38,460 bases of DNA, from the IMG/VR virus record IMGVR_UViG_3300024432_000008. One strand, written 5' to 3'. The notes under the pieces were generated by a model, which searched no databases, was not told the DNA's origin, and was given only the letters and a program-made list of their open reading frames with translations. Origin of the DNA: a virus. Made by a program: the position numbers and the translations under genes. Positions within the stretch are counted from its first letter, which is position 1. Every line of letters starts with the position of its first letter. Shown here one piece after another: positions 33,484 to 38,460 of the stretch.

Positions 33484-35093
33484 GATGTCACCTTTTGTAA
33501 CTTCGTAATTATTTGATCCAATTTATTACCACCTAATGATTGAGCTTCTAAAATACTAACACCTGTGAGAGTATAGAAAATCCTATAAATCTGACTATCT
33601 GAATTACCTATGAATTTTAGATTGCCCGCCCATTGAGTAATCATATCACGTAGTATATTTTGTTTGTCTCTTCGAACCCTTTGTTTTTTCAAAGCTGATA
33701 ATCTTATTATTTCTCCTTTGTTTCTTGGTGGTGGAGGTGGATTGTCAATTCTTTGTCTTTTTTTTCTTAATTCTTTTATTGAATCGATATGTAATTCTGT
33801 TAAATCCCCTTGTATTTGTTTAATTGTGGGCCTAGTATCCTTTGTTTTAGTAGCACCGCAATATGGGCATTCAGATAATTGAGAATCATATGGGGAGAAA
33901 CACTCCATACATATGGTTATTCCTAGGAAAAGATCATGATTTGTTTTTTTTCTTTTTGATTCGAGACTCCATTGTCTAAACATATCTGGAAGTCCATGTC
34001 GCATAACATTTCCAACATGATCGAGAATTATTGCATTTTTTTTATTTTCTGCAATTCGTAAACCTCGACCAAATTGTTGCATATAGAGATTTAATGATGC
34101 GGTCGGTCTTAAAAAACTAATACATCCGACACTAGGTAAGTCGTATCCTTCACCAAAAACATCAACATTTACTAATTGGAGTAAATTTCCTGATTTTAAT
34201 CTTTTTGATGCATTTACCCTATCTCTAATGGGTGTTTTTGCAGTGACCAACATTGCAGGTATACCTGCACTATTATATTTTTTAGTTGCAATTTTTGCTG
34301 ATTCTACATTAGCACAAAATGTTAACCCTCTTCTACCATCGGCATATCTTAGGTAATGTTTAATTGCGTCCCCTGTGATTGTTGATTGTTCAATAGCTTT
34401 TGCTAATTGTGCCCTTATAAAATCTCCAGAATTGGTAAGAGCAACCTTTGATAAATCTAGATTTGATGGTGGGCAAAAAATTCTATATGGTGTCAAAAAT
34501 CCCATATCGGTTAAGTCTACCAATGATGGTCCAATAAGCATAGTATTGAAAAGACCATCATTGGTAGATCCAAGACCATATTTGTCTTGTCTAGTTGGTG
34601 TAGCAGTAACGCCAAGTCCATTGGCATTAGAAAATGATTGGAGTACTTTACCCCATTTATTTTTCTTCAATACATGATGAGCTTCGTCAATGATCCACAT
34701 TTTAATTTTTTTAGCCCATTGTTGATAGTCAACTTTGTCAAGACGCCTTAATAAAGTATCGACACCTGCGATAGTTGTTGTTGAATAAGGATCGATATAT
34801 GATTTTTGAAAATTTTCGATTTGAAGTGTTGAGAATTCTTTAATGAGACTATTGGATGTGAGTATGTTGTGTCCTATCCCTATTGCTGCAAGGCTGAGAG
34901 AGATTTGACCGATTAATTCTTGTCGATGAGCAATAATGACTTGATGTTGAGTTGTATTATCAGCAATGATTGATGATAATACAATAGTTTTGCCGCCTCC
35001 CGTTGGCAATACGTACAGTACAGCTTTATTTCCTGAGTGCCAAGACTGATAAATCCTATGTTTATCATTAAGTTGGAACGATCTTAATTTCAT
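33480..35093 (-). CDS. SF2 DEAD/DEAH-box helicase with a C-terminal zinc ribbon
   Basis: Walker A LPTGGGKT, DEAH box IIDEAHH, motif III VTATP, motif VI QQFGRGLR, and CMEC...CPYC. Confidence 0.85.
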   Translation of the reverse strand: MKLRSFQLNDKHRIYQSWHSGNKAVLYVLPTGGGKTIVLSSIIADNTTQHQVIIAHRQELIGQISLSLAAIGIGHNILTSNSLIKEFSTLQIENFQKSYIDPYSTTTIAGVDTLLRRLDKVDYQQWAKKIKMWIIDEAHHVLKKNKWGKVLQSFSNANGLGVTATPTRQDKYGLGSTNDGLFNTMLIGPSLVDLTDMGFLTPYRIFCPPSNLDLSKVALTNSGDFIRAQLAKAIEQSTITGDAIKHYLRYADGRRGLTFCANVESAKIATKKYNSAGIPAMLVTAKTPIRDRVNASKRLKSGNLLQLVNVDVFGEGYDLPSVGCISFLRPTASLNLYMQQFGRGLRIAENKKNAIILDHVGNVMRHGLPDMFRQWSLESKRKKTNHDLFLGITICMECFSPYDSQLSECPYCGATKTKDTRPTIKQIQGDLTELHIDSIKELRKKRQRIDNPPPPPRNKGEIIRLSALKKQRVRRDKQNILRDMITQWAGNLKFIGNSDSQIYRIFYTLTGVSILEAQSLGGNKLDQIITKLQKVTS

Positions 35094-35157
35094 AATTTAT
35101 AAAAATCCTCTGTTTAAATTATTTTTTCTTGACTTGAAGAACAATATAAGCTAAAAC

Positions 35158-35509
35158 TTAAACCCAGTCAAGAGGGATTCTTGGAAAAGTCACTTGATTG
35201 GGTTTAAATAGCACGGGGAAGTGCGGAGTGGCCGCACGGTGTATCCGCAACTGCATACCGCCAACCTTTCTAACACAGTATAGGCTAGGGCGCGGACTGG
35301 AAAGCATTGCAATGGCGGGGATCACATCCCGCTCCCTGGTTTAAGCCTTTGGATGAGTAGATTGATATGGAGGGCCTTGTGGACGGTATCACCGTGACAC
35401 ATTTAAGTTCCCGGTCTACTCATCCTCTCCTCGTATTGCTAGATATTGGAAGGTAGACCATAGTGAAAGAGGGAAACACTTGTGATTAGACATTTCGAAG
35501 GGGTCCCCT
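35158..35509 (+). ncRNA. candidate structured RNA or long structured 5' leader of unknown class (G+C-rich, ORF-free island)
   Basis: No ORF of 60 aa or more in any frame. Hand count gives 34/60 and 37/60 G+C in 35221..35340, versus 15/60 in 35041..35100. Four helices, three with G.U pairs, only work on the plus strand (details in findings). Confidence 0.4.
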
Positions 35510-35791
35510 GTGATTTCGAAGGCGCGTTGTTTTATCGTGTCAGGTACAATCTTGGAAGGGGTGTTTTTGGGGATGGATTGTATCTGTATGCACAAGGATC
35601 TAGTGGTTTTTTGTATCGGTTTTGTTGAGCACAGAGGGGAGAAAAGACCTTGGCGAGTTTATCTTGGGCCTTTTCATAAGAAGGGTCAGAAAGACACTCG
35701 TTATTTCAAGAGTTTTAGAAGTGCTGCGAGATATTTTCGGGAGTTGGGGCGAAAGGCTTTGTTTTCTTCAAGAGTAAAGACATATTTATAA
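35510..35791 (+). CDS. hypothetical basic protein (possibly AP2-like DNA-binding; start uncertain, GTG 35510 or an internal ATG)
   Basis: GFVEHRGEKRPWRVYLGPFHKKGQKDTRYFKSFRSAARYFRELG loosely fits a three-strand-plus-helix AP2/Arm pattern. G-rich composition makes a noncoding alternative possible. Confidence 0.35.
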   Translation: MISKARCFIVSGTILEGVFLGMDCICMHKDLVVFCIGFVEHRGEKRPWRVYLGPFHKKGQKDTRYFKSFRSAARYFRELGRKALFSSRVKTYL

Positions 35792-35808
35792 TTTTAAAGG
35801 GAAAAGAA

Positions 35809-36474
35809 ATGAAAATCACATTTGATCCATCCAACTTAGATGATTGGTTAGCTGTACAAGAGATTATGGAGTTAACATCAGTACTTGAATCAGTACCTAC
35901 AGCTGCATCAGCAATGCAACCACCTACAGCTGCATCAGCAATGCAAGTTGTTGTACCGATACAGACGGCAGTACCAATGGTGCCATGTGATGCTAGTGGT
36001 GCGCCATGGAATCCACGATTTCACACAGATAGCAAAAACAAGACTAATAAAGGATTTTGGAAAAGAAGGAAAGGGGCATCTGTAGAAGAATATGATGCGT
36101 TTGCGAAATCATTTACAACTATAACAATACCGGCTCCACCTGCATCCATAGCTCCACCTGCATCCATAGCTCCACCTGCATCCATAGCTCCACCTGCATC
36201 CATAGCTCCACCTGCATCCATAGCTCCACCTGCATCCATAGCTCCACCTGCATCCATAGCTCCACCTGCAGTGCCACCTTTTATAGATGAGGATATGTTA
36301 ACAAAAATTGATGATTTATTTGCCGATATACAAGAGAAAGGTATAGTAGGTGATTTTGGGAACTGGTCGGTACAGATGTTGAACTGGTGTAAACCTGGAG
36401 CTAAAACAATATTAGATCTAACGGGAGATATACCTGCACAAGAGCAACTATTCAACCATTTGAGTTCTCTTTAA
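35809..36474 (+). CDS. two-domain protein with a (PPASIA)7 linker, function unknown
   Basis: RBS AAAGGGAAAAG lies before ATG 35809. Contains a PTAASAMQ x2 repeat, CDASGAPWNPRFHTDSKNKTNKGFWKRRKG, and then 7 perfect PPASIA units. Confidence 0.65.
   Translation: MKITFDPSNLDDWLAVQEIMELTSVLESVPTAASAMQPPTAASAMQVVVPIQTAVPMVPCDASGAPWNPRFHTDSKNKTNKGFWKRRKGASVEEYDAFAKSFTTITIPAPPASIAPPASIAPPASIAPPASIAPPASIAPPASIAPPASIAPPAVPPFIDEDMLTKIDDLFADIQEKGIVGDFGNWSVQMLNWCKPGAKTILDLTGDIPAQEQLFNHLSSL
36133..36270 (+). repeat. 18-bp perfect tandem repeat GCTCCACCTGCATCCATA x7 plus a 12-bp partial copy
   Basis: Seven identical units run 36133..36258, with a partial unit at 36259..36270. In frame (APPASI). Confidence 0.95.
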
Positions 36475-36530
36475 CAATGCACAACTGTACAGATTCAAAT
36501 TTGTTGAGTTTGTACAGTTGGAGGTGAATA

Positions 36531-37649
36531 ATGTTCACAGATATTTCACCAAGTAAAATGAATAGAATTGTAAATTGTCCTGGTTCTGTTCAATTGTGTA
36601 GAAAATTTCCCAAAACATTGAATAATGGCAATCAGTCAGTTAACCAAAGTGCCTTGGCTCATTGGTTAGTAAAGCAAAAAGTTGTCAATGGACTTGATTT
36701 TTGGCGATTTCTTGGTAAAAGTCCTATAAATGATCAAATAGTTGATGGGGAAATGATTACCCATGTCTCGAATTATTATAAACTTATTGAAAGAGTTTCT
36801 TTTGCTGGATTTGGAGGAATCCCTGATTTAAAAATATCACAACAATATAAAATCGAAACAGGTAATTTTGCTGGATTTGGAGGAACCCCTGATTTTCTTC
36901 ATTACAATGAAAGAACGGAAGAACTAACAATCATTAATTTGAAATATGGTTTTCTTCCCGTTACACCTTACAATAATTATCAACTGTTGACTTATGCATG
37001 GTTATTTTATAAAATTCACGATAGCATACCGATACAATCTGTGGTATTAGGTATTTATCAACCGAGAATACCTAATAGACAAGGTACTTATAAAACATGC
37101 AAACTATCGTTAAAAGATATAATTAATTATCATATTTCTAAAATTGAGAAAGCTTTACGTGATTGTCAATTAGAAACATCGATAACAAGGCCAGGTGATC
37201 ATTGTCATTATTGTAGTGCGATGCTACAATGTAATAGTAATCTTGAAACTTGCTTAAGGATTGTAAATCTTGGCGGTGTACAACATGGGAAAGATCCAAC
37301 AAGTCAACAACTCGGTAGTCAATTGAGACTATTTGAATTTGCATCAAAAATGCTAACACAAAGATTGAAAATTATAGAAGCTGCTGCAGAATATAGATTG
37401 AAAAAAGGTGAATCAGTAGAAGGTTATCATTTACAATCATATAATGGTAATCGTTATTGGAATATTAGTGATGATAGAGCAAAGTTACTAGGTATACCTG
37501 TAATATCTAAATTGATGAGTCCAACACAAGCAGAGAAAAGTGGATTTCCACAAGTTTTGGTTGATAAATACACCAGAGCTAAGAATATGGTCAAATTAAC
37601 AGAGATTAATATTGATCAAGTTAATGAAAGGTTGAAAAATGAGTATTAA
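36531..37649 (+). CDS. Cas4/RecB-like PD-(D/E)xK exonuclease (DUF2800-type) with a Cys cluster
   Basis: N-terminal SPSKMNRIVNCPGS, catalytic-like GGTPDF...INLKYG, and C-terminal CHYCSAMLQC (C-x2-C-x5-C, with the N-terminal Cys as a possible fourth ligand). Confidence 0.65.
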   Translation: MFTDISPSKMNRIVNCPGSVQLCRKFPKTLNNGNQSVNQSALAHWLVKQKVVNGLDFWRFLGKSPINDQIVDGEMITHVSNYYKLIERVSFAGFGGIPDLKISQQYKIETGNFAGFGGTPDFLHYNERTEELTIINLKYGFLPVTPYNNYQLLTYAWLFYKIHDSIPIQSVVLGIYQPRIPNRQGTYKTCKLSLKDIINYHISKIEKALRDCQLETSITRPGDHCHYCSAMLQCNSNLETCLRIVNLGGVQHGKDPTSQQLGSQLRLFEFASKMLTQRLKIIEAAAEYRLKKGESVEGYHLQSYNGNRYWNISDDRAKLLGIPVISKLMSPTQAEKSGFPQVLVDKYTRAKNMVKLTEINIDQVNERLKNEY

Positions 37650-38460
37650 AGATGTTATTACGTTCCCCCCTGGACGCGTTATCTCTGGTAATTTAACAGA
37701 ATTGCAACCAATCATAAAATATTCTGAAGATCCAAAGGTTAAAGAACCTGAATTACATGGTGATGGTTCACCAAAATTGGGGTATTGGTTTAGAATTGCT
37801 ATTCCAAAAAGTTCACCTGAACTTTTTGGTGGTGCTAATGGTGATGGAATTTTAACATTGTTAGCGAGTATAGCTAAAAGACCTTGGCCGACAGATTTAA
37901 ATAATGATAGTTTTTCATGGAAGATAAAGGATGGGGATGGTTTCCAGGATAATAATCAACTATATTCAGAATATTGCAGAGGATGCTTTTTGTTTACAGT
38001 ACGAAGCAGTTGGGTCCCGACATTAGTCGAACCAGATAATAATGGTGGCTGGCAACAAATGCTTGACATATCCAAGTTATATGTTGGGTGTCATGTTAGG
38101 GTTGGGATTTCTAGTGTTAACAATATGAATAGGTCTAAACCTGGGATCTATTTAAATCCTGAATTTGTAGCATTGATTAAACAAGATGATCCAATAACAC
38201 CGAATCAAATTCCAATTAGTGATGTTTCTAATTATCTGGGAATATCAATGAAATTATCAACAGTTCCATATCCGGGAATATCTCAGGCTTCGCAGGCTGT
38301 CGTACCACCTGTAGCGATGCAGCAGAGACCTGACGATGTGCCATTTGAAACATCTATATTGACGCAATCACCTGCACCTGCACCTGCACCTGCACCTGCA
38401 CCTGCACCTGCACCTGCACCTGCACCTGAACCTGCACCTGCACCTGCACCTGCACCTGCA
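37639..38460 (+). CDS. gp2.5 / DUF2815-type ssDNA-binding-like protein, open at the window end inside the (PA)n linker
   Basis: ATG 37639 overlaps the upstream ORF's end. 274 codons reach base 38460 with no stop (absent from the ORF track). Contains GRVISGNLTELQP...YWFRIAIPKSSPE and lies after the DUF2800-type nuclease. Confidence 0.55.
   Translation, partial: MSIKDVITFPPGRVISGNLTELQPIIKYSEDPKVKEPELHGDGSPKLGYWFRIAIPKSSPELFGGANGDGILTLLASIAKRPWPTDLNNDSFSWKIKDGDGFQDNNQLYSEYCRGCFLFTVRSSWVPTLVEPDNNGGWQQMLDISKLYVGCHVRVGISSVNNMNRSKPGIYLNPEFVALIKQDDPITPNQIPISDVSNYLGISMKLSTVPYPGISQASQAVVPPVAMQQRPDDVPFETSILTQSPAPAPAPAPAPAPAPAPAPEPAPAPAPAPA
38371..38460 (+). repeat. (CCTGCA)x15 hexanucleotide repeat with one variant unit (CCTGAA, 38425..38430)
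   Basis: In-frame (Pro-Ala)n that runs to the last base of the window. Confidence 0.95.

Noticed and set aside
35129-35157. TTGACT-N17-TAAAAC as a firm promoter for the structured RNA
   Set aside because: The -10 element lacks the conserved final T, and the predicted start would fall inside the 5' arm of the first hairpin. It is mentioned only as a weak possibility, not called as a feature.
35210-35500. tRNA, tmRNA or a known riboswitch (a ZTP/pfl-like GGGCGCGGACTGG... start was considered) in the G+C-rich island
   Set aside because: No cloverleaf could be drawn. There is no GTTCRANYC-type T-loop and no acceptor stem with a 3' CCA context. For the ZTP idea, the P2 hairpin and the conserved 3' CCGCCTGGGC pseudoknot element are absent. 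The region is kept only as an unclassified structured-RNA candidate.

Overview
The window reads as one essentially complete, AT-rich tailed-phage genome with a siphovirus-like lambda/HK97/GTA-style tail module. It has been linearised inside a coding hexanucleotide repeat: GCACCT/CCTGCA units fill both 1..78 and 38371..38460. Two arms diverge from a ~750-bp control region (29562..30312) that holds sigma70-like divergent promoters and a dyad-symmetric iteron origin. (1) The minus-strand morphogenesis arm (29561 down to 5290) runs TerS, TerL, portal, MuF-like, scaffold, P22-type coat, head-tail connectors, tail terminator, tail tube, G/GT chaperones with an explicit A_AAA_AAG -1 frameshift, tape measure, M/L/K/I-J-like tip proteins and two fibre genes. 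(2) The plus-strand early/replication arm (30313 to the window end, then 1..5293) runs an RHH protein and an AEP primase-SF3 helicase. It then has an inverted block (SF2 helicase, VRR-NUC, HTH), a Pro-rich repeat protein, a Cas4-like nuclease, a gp2.5-like SSB, a PolB-like polymerase, small Cys-rich and membrane ORFs, and a GIY-YIG-like ORF. No integrase, repressor switch, endolysin, tRNA or CRISPR array was recognised. Four things stand out. First, a full-length type Va autotransporter gene with its own promoter and terminator, plus a second small exported protein, are inserted on either side of the HK97-gp10-like gene in the head-tail joining module. Second, a ~350-nt G+C-rich, ORF-free, helix-rich island (35158..35509) looks like a plus-strand structured RNA or leader of unknown class. 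Third, the origin is built from 11-bp GCCACAGGTTT iterons in mirror-image arrays. Fourth, there are several perfect in-frame tandem repeats (6, 18, 66, 102 and 360 bp). All functional calls rest on motif recognition by eye and gene order; no database search was possible.
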